A stretch of DNA of 9,002 nt from Octopus sinensis (GCF_006345805.1 NW_021828191.1:1-9002); one strand, 5' to 3'. Shown: positions 1 through 7,520, numbered from the stretch's first letter. Program-made: numbers and translations. The notes: generated by a model from the sequence alone, not told the origin.

Positions 1-145
1 ATACATACATACATGCATAATTCAGTACACAAGATACACTTTCAACTTTGTGCTCATTATTATTGCATCAACAGGATACCTACCAACCCGTCTAGGGCTA
101 AGTATGGCTGAACATAGAGAGAGAATGCAAAGCCTTAATTCATAT

Positions 146-466
146 GCGTAGGAGTGGCTGTGTGATAAATAGCTTGCTTACCAATCACATGGTTCCGGGT
201 TCAGTCCCACTGCATGGCACCTTCGGCAGGTGTCCTCTACTATAGCCTCGGACCGACCAAAGCCTTATGAGTGGGTTTGGTAGACGGAAACTGAAAGAAT
301 CCCGTCGTATATATGTATACGTGTGTGTGTGTGTGTGTGTGTGTATGTTTGAGTGTCTGTGTTTGTCCCTCCAACATCGCTTGACAACCGATGCTGGTGT
401 GTTTACGTCCCCGTAACTTAGCGGTTCGACAAAAGATGCCGATAGAGATTGAAACAAGTAAAAGAG
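146..466 (+). mobile_element. tRNA-derived SINE, CORE-like, resembling octopus OR-type SINEs, with an internal (TG)n and a probably internally deleted 3' part
   Basis: A-box-like TGGCTGTGTGA at 155-165 and B-box-like GGTTCAGTCCC at 198-208. These are followed by GCACCTTCGGCAGGTGTC, which resembles the start of the MIR/CORE domain (ACCTTGGGCAAGT). The body CATCGCTTGACAACCGATGCTG recurs in reverse at about 7474-7495. The tail TGAAACAAGTAAAAGAG (450-466) recurs exactly at 7690-7706. Confidence 0.8.
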
Positions 467-494
467 TATATATATATATATATATATATATATA
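467..494. repeat. (TA)n microsatellite between two tail-to-tail SINEs
   Basis: Perfect TA dinucleotide run. Confidence 0.95.
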
Positions 495-757
495 CCAGTT
501 TCCATGGCGTATGTGTTCCCCCCAGTTGGACGGGTCGCCAGTCCATCGCAGCGTTAATCAAGAAACAGGAAGAAAGAGTGAGAGAAAGTTGGGGCGAAAG
601 AGTACAACAGAGGTCGCCACCACCCCTTGTCGGAGCCTCGTGGAGCTTTTAGGTGTTTTCCCTCAATAAACACACACAAGGCCCGGTCTGGGAATCGAAA
701 CCGCGATCCTCCGACCACGAGTTCGCTGCCCTAACCACTGGGCCATTGCACCTCCAC
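495..757 (-). mobile_element. tRNA-derived SINE of a second family
   Basis: The minus strand begins GTGGAGGTGCAATGGCCCAGTGGTTAGGGCAGCGAACTCGTGGTCGGAGGATCGCGGTTTCGATTCCC, with A box TGGCCCAGTGG (745-735) and B box GTTTCGATTCC (701-691). The 3' part CTGCGATGGACTGGCGACCCGTCCA resembles a motif widespread in metazoan SINE bodies. It ends in (TA)n. Confidence 0.8.
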
Positions 758-1084
758 ATGTATGTATAGATATTTTGGTCTTATTTTTCTCACGCCGTCT
801 AAGCAGTTGTGAGCAACGTGGATCAAGAAAAAAAACCTTACATAGATTTAACGGAATAATCTTAGAAATTCCAGTTTACACAAACCTCCACATAGTTAAT
901 TTCAAAGATAATACCTAAATTTAGAAACGAATTAATATAACAATTGGAATTCTAAAGAAAGAATATTTTTATCAATGAGAATTCAATTAACCTACACTAA
1001 CACCCAAAGTTAATGCATATCCTTAATATCCTCGAATTAGGCCTGTCTTATTGTTTTTTTTTTTGTTTTTTAATGAGACAACAA

Positions 1085-1194
1085 GCAGGCAGAATCGTTA
1101 GACAATATTCTTAGTGACTCCTTAAGTTATGAGTTCAAATTCCACTGAGGTTGAATTTACTTTTCATTGTTTTAGGGTAGATAAAATAAGTATT
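1085..1194 (+). mobile_element. 5' half of a third-family SINE, split by the fold-back insertion
   Basis: GCAGAATCGTTA...GAGTTCAAATTCC (B-box-like)...TGAGGTT...TTTTCAT...GATAAAATA is collinear with the uninterrupted copy at about 2826-3053. Confidence 0.7.
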
Positions 1195-1250
1195 GCATTA
1201 TTTACCTTATTTACATTCGACGGATATTTGTCCTCACCTTGTTTGTTGTT

Positions 1251-1296
1251 AATACAACGTTTCGGCTGATATACTCTCCAGCCTTCATCAAGTGTC
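1251..1296 (-). ncRNA. Minimal type I hammerhead ribozyme motif, degenerate (C3U and one stem I mismatch)
   Basis: Minus strand reads GACAC-TTGATGA-A-GGCTG-gagagtatat-CAGCC-GAAA-CG-TT-GTATT. This gives stem I GACAC/GTATT, core (C>U)UGAUGA, a 5-bp stem II, GAAA, palindromic AACGTT in place of stem III, and a GUU cleavage triplet. Confidence 0.7.
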
Positions 1297-1344
1297 TTGG
1301 AGAAATTTCGAATCTTGGTTCTCATTCCTAAGGTATTTTTCGAT

Positions 1345-1410
1345 ATTATTATTATCATTATTATCATCATCTTCATCATTATTATTATTATTAGTAGTAG
1401 TAGTAGTAGT
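1345..1410. repeat. (ATT/ATC)n followed by (AGT)n trinucleotide microsatellite
   Basis: Read directly; it is the mirror image of the (TAA)n tract in the right arm. Confidence 0.9.
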
Positions 1411-1510
1411 ATTCAGGTCACTGCCTGGAATCGAACTCGGAATCTTGGGGTTAAGAGCGCGGGTTACTAACCCCAAGATTCCGAGATCGATTCCAAGCAG
1501 TGACCTGAAT
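1411..1510. repeat. Near-perfect 43-bp hairpin formed by two inverted tRNA-like heads, 14-nt loop
   Basis: Arms at 1411-1453 and 1468-1510 with 2 mismatches. The plus strand GGTTAAGAGCGCGGG-TTACTAA-CCCCAAGATTCCGAGATCGATTCC looks like a D-arm 3' side, anticodon arm and T-arm. An intact B box GAGTTCGATTCC lies on the minus strand of the left arm (1438-1427). Confidence 0.85.
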
Positions 1511-1511
1511 A

Positions 1512-1599
<88 letters not shown>
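1508..1599. repeat. (TAA)n microsatellite, 5' flank of the Dong-like element
   Basis: About 30 TAA units. Confidence 0.97.
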
Positions 1600-1601
<2 letters not shown>

Positions 1602-2298
1602 CAAAGCCCTGACCCATCAATGGCTAATGGCCTCTGGCTTAAAATCTGAAACAGAAGGGTTTATCATAGCAGCTCAAGATCAATGCCTACCAACAAGAAA
1701 CTACCAGGCCAACATATTAAAGAACGGCAGTAGCCCAACATGTGTATGTCGACAACAAAATGAAACCATTGATCATGTTGTCTCCAAATGCAGTCTTCTA
1801 GCGCCTACAGAGTACCTCAACAGGCATGATAGAGCTGCACAATATATTCACTGGGTAATTTGCAAAAACCTGGATTTGCCCCATGAAAAAAACTGGTGAG
1901 AACACAATCCAATGCTTGAAAATGACCACATCTCACTCCTCTGGAACTTCACCATTCAAACTGACAGAAAAATAGATGCAAATAGGCCAGACATCATATT
2001 GAAAGACTTCAGACAAAGAACATGCCTCCTCATAGATATGACTGTCCCAATCGATATAAACGTATCTGTCAAGACCTACCAAAAACTGAGCAAATATAAA
2101 GATCCTGAAATAGAAATCAGCAAAATGTGGAACCCGAAGACTAAAACAATACCTGTTGTCATAGGTGCCCTGGGAATGATAGCGAAAGGGGCTGATTGCT
2201 ACCTAAATCAGATACCAGGAAACCCCAAAATGGCAGAAATTCAAAAGATAGTGCTCATGGGAACTGCTCATATCCTACGCAAAATACTCTCTATGTAA
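1600..2298 (+). pseudogene. C-terminal fragment of an R4/Dong-type ORF (CCHC and PD..D/ExK RLE domain) with one premature stop
   Basis: DKALTHQWLMASGLKSETEGFIIAAQDQCLPTRNY...CVC-X8-H-X4-C (1741-1791), RHD (1822-1830), in-frame TGA (1897-1899), NRPDI (from 1981), IDMTVP, KLSKY, IPVVIGALG and GTAHILRKILSM*. ORFs 1627-1899 and 1912-2298 are in the same frame. Confidence 0.92.
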
Positions 2299-2507
2299 TC
2301 CCAAGGTTTAAAACAAACTTTTTTTTCTCTATTTTTTCTTTTTTTTATTTATTTATTAGACATTCACTAGTATAACAGAAAAAAAAACAACAAATATATG
2401 GCACACTAGACATAACAACAACGTGAACTTCCAACCTGTTGTCTCTTGAGGTCTCTGGGTGAGACTTGGAGCCAACTTGTACAAACATAAAGCAAAAGTC
2501 AAACATA

Positions 2508-2508
<1 letters not shown>
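1600..2508 (+). mobile_element. 5'-truncated R4/Dong-clade non-LTR retrotransposon (zinc knuckle, restriction-like endonuclease and 3' UTR)
   Basis: A single reading frame from 1600 to 2298 carries RLE-clade motifs, followed by about 210 nt of 3' UTR. Both ends abut (TAA)n, the known Dong target. Confidence 0.9.

Positions 2509-2560
<52 letters not shown>
2509..2560. repeat. (TAA)n microsatellite, 3' flank of the Dong-like element
   Basis: About 17 perfect units. Confidence 0.97.
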
Positions 2561-2608
2561 TCGAAAAATACCTTAGGAATGAGAATCCAGGTTCGAAATT
2601 TCCTCCAA

Positions 2609-2647
2609 GACACCTCATGAAGGCTGGAGCGTATATCAGCCGAAACG
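2609..2647 (+). ncRNA. Second hammerhead motif copy, inactivated (G5C, cleavage site deleted)
   Basis: GACAC-CTCATGA-A-GGCTG-gagcgtatat-CAGCC-GAAA-CG, followed by a duplicated AAGGCTGGAG instead of the TT-GTATT seen in the left copy. Confidence 0.6.
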
Positions 2648-2727
2648 AAGGCTGGAGGAAGATGAGGACAAATATCTGTCAAATGTAAATAATGCACATA
2701 ATTCTTCATCTCTTAAGTTTAGAACTG

Positions 2728-2820
2728 AAATGAGTATTAGTCATGTACTAAGGACAACTTAATCGACTTGCACCACCCCGAAATAGCTAACTTTGTGCGT
2801 TAGTTTGAAACTATTATTAC
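2728..2820 (+). mobile_element. 3' half of the split SINE
   Basis: AGTCATGTAC...TAATCGAC...TTATTA is collinear with AGTCAAGTAC...TAATCGAC...TTATTATTAT at 2961-3053. Confidence 0.6.
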
Positions 2821-2825
2821 AATGA

Positions 2826-3053
2826 GATAGCGAACCCGCAGAATTGCAGAATCGTTATCGTGTTAGACATAATGCTAGGTGGATTTTTTTCGGCGAAAGT
2901 TCAAATTCCGTTGAGGTTTACTTTGCTTTTCATCTTTCTGGGATTGATAAAATATATATCAGTCAAGTACCGTCGTCGAAGTAATCGACATCATTCCCGC
3001 CAATACTCAAAATTAGTGTATTTGAGCTAAAATTAGAAAAGAATTATTATTAT
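2826..3053 (+). mobile_element. Uninterrupted, diverged copy of the third-family SINE
   Basis: GCAGAATCGTTA, B-box-like AGTTCAAATTCC, TGAGGTT..TTTTCAT..GATAAAATA and an (ATT)n tail. Homologous to 1085-1194 joined to 2728-2820. Confidence 0.7.
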
Positions 3054-3559
3054 GAGGTTCATCACAATAATGGCCTTAACAGATAAACAGCCTATTATAA
3101 TGTTTTCAAACGGAAATATAGATAAAGAAATATTTTATGGAACAATCTGGCTAGTTGTTTAAACATGCAGAAACATATTTCTATTAAATATTTTTCAAAT
3201 TTCCCATGCCTCATTGGTGCCGTAAAATTTTAGTAAAAATTATGTTGAAGTAAGTTAGTTGCGCTGTCAATATTTTGCAGACTTCAGTAACTATTCCAAC
3301 AACAATAATATACTAGCGGGACTTTATATACACTTTATATACTTTACGCACATTTTTATAGACTTAATACAGAACACTCATAAAATAAATATTCACTCTT
3401 ATTTTTCTATTTTTTTTTTTCCATAAACTGAAAATATATATCTTGCACATATGATACAACCTTTAGTGAAATTTGAAATTGCATATATCCGCCACGTAAC
3501 TAAGCTTGAATATTTCGCTTGAATATGCGCTATATAAAAATACACTTTTCACTATCCAA

Positions 3560-3629
3560 TCACCACTGTCACCACCTCTACCACCACCACCATCATCTCT
3601 CCCCCTCTCTCTCTTCCCTTTTTGTCTCC

Positions 3630-3668
<39 letters not shown>

Positions 3669-3961
3669 CTTTAACCTCAGCAACAGAATATCATCCCTCT
3701 GTTAAAATTATTACGTTCCCCCTACCTCACGTCATGGACTCTTTTCTCTCCCTCTTTTTCTTTCTCTCTTCACCTTATCCTCTTTTTCTCTCTCCTTTTT
3801 CTTTCTCTCTCTTTCCCTTCAATTAATCACAGGAAAGAGTTACAATCACATTCCCTCTACCTCACTTCATGAACGCTCCTCTCTCCCGCTTTTTCCCCTC
3901 CTTTTTCTTCTCTCTCTCTCTTCTTTTTCCCTCTTTTTCTCTAATCACGTGAAAGCGTTAC
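3560..3961. repeat. Polypyrimidine, (CT)n and (CCA)n low-complexity tract with a cryptic 118-135 bp repeat
   Basis: (CT)n at about 3633-3662. TTCCC(C/T)CTACCTCAC(G/T)TCATG occurs at 3716 and 3851. AATCACnnGAAAGnGTTAC occurs at 3825 and 3943. Confidence 0.7.
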
Positions 3962-4741
3962 CGACTAGCTAAGTAACGAAATGACAAGGAGAATTATCAC
4001 AAGATTCTGTTTGCTGAGATCTATCAGCAATGGCCCGGCAATATCAATAATTTTTCGAAATATTTAATATATTGTAATAAATTCTTACTAGGCATCAAAG
4101 TTGTTCCAAGAAGTTATCTTGGCTTAATCAAAAAAACTTTTTGAAATTTGGTTTTATTAGCATAATCATATATTCATGAAAATTTTTTTAAATGCTTCAC
4201 AAGCCCTTCGATGTATATGAGATTTTAAAAAGAAATAATGATAAGTGACATTTAAATACTTGCGGTCAGTTTTCGATCACGGTACACCATATGCCAGTGG
4301 GAATATTTCTGTTCAAATTGACGCTGCAAACTTCGTTCAGGAGAGAAATATTTTTTTCAATTCAATGTCTTAAAGAAATATTCAGAGATTGCAGACATAC
4401 AGAAAATTATTTGGTTAGCAATTATATAATTACAAATGTATTATTCAGACAGCAAAGTAATTTTTCATATAGTAGATAACTGAGAAAAAACTTTGAACAG
4501 CTTGTCACGATCAACGGTTTAAAAATTTTCAAATACACCTAGACGCCAACAGTTATATCTTTACATCTTTACAGTACTGATAGAAAAACAATTATCAAGT
4601 CTCAACACGCAAACACATATATACGTATATGTGTGAATATATGTATATATAAGTGTATATCTTGCATCCCCTCTTACTTCCTTGAACTGGCTCCGAAGCT
4701 CTTAAGCTCTTGCTTTGAGCTGATGGACAATCCAGGATCCT

Positions 4742-4858
4742 TTAGCATATAGGCTGTCCACTTTTAGTGGTCAGTCCTCTAAATTTTGTATGTAACACAA
4801 TTTTTAATCTTCGGATTTTTTAAAATATACTAATATCAATTTCTACCCTTATTTAATT
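4742..4858 (+). repeat. Direct repeat, copy 1 (117 bp)
   Basis: TTAGCATATAGGCT..CACTTTTAGTGGTCAGTCCTCTAAATTTTGTAT...CCCTTATTTAATT matches 5238-5376. Confidence 0.92.
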
Positions 4859-5237
4859 TAAAATTTTAAAAAATGTTCTCTAACCGTTAAATTGACTGCT
4901 GTAGTTTATTAACTGCAGAGTAGTTTCCGAAGTGAAGGCATTTGAAAGATACACCTAAATATTATATGTAGAACTTTATACATGATGGATTTTGGTTGAG
5001 CGTTCTGTATCTACTTCTGGAAATTATGTTTTGTAAACGACAGACTATGCTGATGATCTTGCAGATATTTGCGTGTCCATATACGTAAATATTAACAAGT
5101 GAAACCAATGGTACATAGGTAATCGTTTTTTATTTCGTATATTTTCATTTGTCTTGTTTATTTTTACATTTTGGTTTTTTGATGAGATATTTCTTGCGAA
5201 CACATTCTTCGTGGTAATGGCGATTTGACGTCTATAG

Positions 5238-5376
5238 TTAGCATATAGGCTATTCACTTTTAGTGGTCAGTCCTCTAAATTTTGTATATAACACAATTCT
5301 TAATCTTCGGATGTTTTTAAATATGCTAAGCCACTGGTTTTAATTGATTAATATCAATTTCTCCCCTTATTTAATT
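5238..5376 (+). repeat. Direct repeat, copy 2 (139 bp)
   Basis: Same sequence as 4742-4858 plus 22 extra nt, GCCACTGGTTTTAATTGATTAA. Confidence 0.92.
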
Positions 5377-5387
5377 ACACACACACA

Positions 5388-5469
<82 letters not shown>

Positions 5470-5475
5470 ATATAT
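5377..5475. repeat. (CA)n(TA)n compound microsatellite
   Basis: Read directly. Confidence 0.97.
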
Positions 5476-6220
5476 GGCTCTACAGATACGGATCGAGAAA
5501 CACGGGGCCGATCTGCCTGAGATGAGGTCAGAGCGACGAAACCGTTCTGCATGCAATCGTGCAGTGTCCAACAATTTCCGACCTTTTGGCATATGTCGAA
5601 CGACTGCTGTCACGTGTGGGATAAGTCGGTTTATCAGCCGAGTCTATCGTCAATATCGTCACGCCTCTTTCCTTCAAACAGGAAGGAAGAGCTATTTTCA
5701 TCATACTTGTGACTATGGCGAAAGAGTGTATCTGGTTGACGCATCTGAAAGGATTGGAGACAAACACTTTCCTCTCTCGTCAATGTCTCATCAACTTCTT
5801 CAAGTATCACTTTAAAAGGAAACTGAGAGTAGAAAGGCAAGGTTTGTCTAGCAAATGATTAAAAAAAAGATGGGTGAATGTAGCAAGGGTTGCACGTATG
5901 AATGACACATAATCCTATGAACCCAGAAAAATTTAAAACAGGGAGTTACTTGCAAATAAATGTGTTAATATGTGACATTATTGACCGAGGTCTTTTCTGT
6001 AGGGTTTTTTCCACGGATAAACCTTATCTGTCTCCCCCTTTACACTTTACATCATGACATTTTTGTGATACACGATCCCTATTGATCGGTTTTTTTACGA
6101 TCCCTTTTGAACGTAGACCTCCTCCCTACCTTTTTTCCTCCCCAAAAAGAAATGCTCTACTTTATAATTTGTCCCCTCTGTGTTCAGCCCTGTGTGGCTA
6201 ATAAAGAAACATTTTTATGT

Positions 6221-6222
<2 letters not shown>
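5476..6222 (+). mobile_element. 5'-truncated L1/Tx1-clade non-LTR retrotransposon 3' end
   Basis: Decayed ORF2 C-terminus (5478-5912), a pyrimidine-rich putative 3' UTR and AATAAA at 6200-6205, flanked by (TA)n on both sides. The 3' boundary is approximate. Confidence 0.7.
5478..5912 (+). pseudogene. Decayed L1/Tx1-type ORF2 C-terminus with a zf-RVT-like zinc knuckle
   Basis: Frame starting at 5478 (not in the ORF track): LYRYGSRNTGPICLR*GQSDETVLHAIVQCPTISDLLAYVERLLSRVG*VGLSAESIVNIVTPLSFKQEGRAIFIILVTMAKECIWLTHLKGLETNTFLSRQCLINFFKYHFKRKLRVERQGLSSK*LKKRWVNVARVARMNDT*. It has C-X2-(C>stop)-X8-H-X4-C with ET..H, then AK..IW and a terminal W, as in Tx1-like ORF2 ends. Confidence 0.8.
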
Positions 6223-6261
<39 letters not shown>

Positions 6262-6449
6262 GTATGTTGCTGTGTGTGTGTGTGTGTGTGTGTGGTTGTG
6301 CGTGTGTGCTTGTGTGTATAGTATGTATTTAGATATATATATACATACATATATATATATGTTATGTATATATATATATAAATATCTATGCATATATATA
6401 TATATATACATACATATATATGCACGCGCGCGCGTGTGTGTGTATGTGT
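6223..6449. repeat. Compound (TA)n/(TG)n/(CG)n microsatellite
   Basis: Read directly. Confidence 0.95.
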
Positions 6450-7005
6450 CATTATTCAGCATTATTTCAAGATTTGTTGCCAATAAAGAGCCGGTTTCTA
6501 CCTAAATCCAAGACTCCTTCTTTGCAATTTCAACATGAGCAACAGGGTAGTTCTGTCTGTATGTCTGTCTGTATGTATGTATGTACGTACGCATGTGTGT
6601 ATGTAGTTATATGCATGACTCGCTGTGCTTAAACAGAGATTGCTTTACGATGGCGTATTTTATAAATATGGCAGTTCAACTATCATAATAGCATGAAACT
6701 ATCTGTACCTCTTTCGATTGTATGCCTAATGAAATATATAATATATAATACTTAATATATACACACACACGCATACATTTATATTTTTCTATTGCCTTTC
6801 TAATAGCTGTCTGAATGAAGAAACATATGTCTGTTTGCAATGCCATTTGTAATCCGGTTTTCTATTTCTGTGACGAAAACTATAAGTAACATTTATGTGA
6901 AACGCTGCAAATCATTTTCTTAACTTAAACGTCATTTCCGCTTTGCAACCCGTTGAAAATTAATCTTCAAACTCGGTCTGCATGTCTTCCAAATGGAAGG
7001 CACCA

Positions 7006-7042
7006 TGTGTGTGTGTTAGTGTGTTAGTTTGTGTGTGTGTGT

Positions 7043-7078
<36 letters not shown>

Positions 7079-7086
7079 TGTGTGTG

Positions 7087-7120
<34 letters not shown>

Positions 7121-7135
7121 TTGTGTGTGTGTGTG
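7006..7135. repeat. (TG)n microsatellite
   Basis: About 60 imperfect units. Confidence 0.97.
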
Positions 7136-7360
7136 CTTATTTTCACATCGTGGACCAGAAATGTCTTGAGTGAAAAGTGACACATATAAATTCATCTTCA
7201 TTAACTCTCCCCCTTTCTGTCACTAAATCTACACACGCATGATGTACACGCACATATACATATAAGCATCAATAAATGCATATATATATGCATATAGGCA
7301 CGTATGAGTGTATGTGCGTTCGCAGACACACGCACACACAAACACGCGCACACACACATA

Positions 7361-7520
7361 TATTCTAGTATTCTTTTGTTTCAGGCATTTGACTGCGGCC
7401 ATGCAGTCGACGAAGTCGACCCCTTGGCTTATACTCTGTAAGTCTAGTACTTGTGCTATCGTTGTCTTTCGCATCAGCATTGCTTGTCAAGTGATGGTAG
7501 AGGGGGCACCCACACAAAGA
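7361..7520 (-). mobile_element. Deleted 3' fragment of the first-family SINE
   Basis: Minus strand CATCACTTGACAAGCAATGCTG matches 375-396. GCATGGCCGCAGTCAAATGCCTGAAACAAAAGAA matches the tail at 7668-7705. Confidence 0.7.

Larger units (their letters stand above)
1195..2727. mobile_element. Fold-back (head-to-head) non-autonomous element; each arm is tRNA-like head, (TAA)n and hammerhead-bearing tail; probably Penelope-like-element associated
   Basis: 1195-1345 is the reverse complement of 2559-2695, with 6 mismatches and 1 indel in about 89 nt between 1258-1345 and 2559-2647. 1411-1453 is the reverse complement of 1468-1510 (41/43). (ATT)n mirrors (TAA)n. The element is flanked by the direct repeat AAATAAGTATT (1184-1194) / AAATGAGTATT (2728-2738). 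Confidence 0.8.

Noticed and set aside
1449-1510. Functional tRNA gene
   Set aside because: No 5' acceptor strand or complete A box, a mutated T-loop in this arm and no T-run terminator; it is a tRNA-derived head.
1288-1620. Poly-Ile/Leu/Val/Asn ORFs on both strands (also 2356-2709)
   Set aside because: Translations of trinucleotide microsatellites and the palindrome.
1195-2727. DNA transposon with terminal inverted repeats carrying a nuclease gene
   Set aside because: The internal ORF is a non-LTR RLE fragment inserted secondarily in (TAA)n. The inverted arms are asymmetric at their ends, the right being about 31 nt longer, and they run to a central hairpin. A MITE origin is not fully excluded.
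3962-4740. Possible host exon or transposon remnant (ORF 4291-4479)
   Set aside because: No recognisable motifs, terminal repeats or convincing exon signals. A short exon cannot be excluded without transcript data.
5050-5075. CTGATGA hammerhead core
   Set aside because: No stem II followed by GAAA.
5511-5552. Hammerhead-like CTGAGATGAG-GTC..GAC-GAAAC
   Set aside because: The core is not CUGANGA, stem I pairing is poor, and the sequence is fully explained as codons of the zinc knuckle CLR*GQSDET.
5474-5815. 113-aa ORF and overlapping minus-strand ORFs (5528-5767, 5634-5840)
   Set aside because: Shadow frames of the decayed Tx1-like ORF; the ATG comes from the (TA)n junction.
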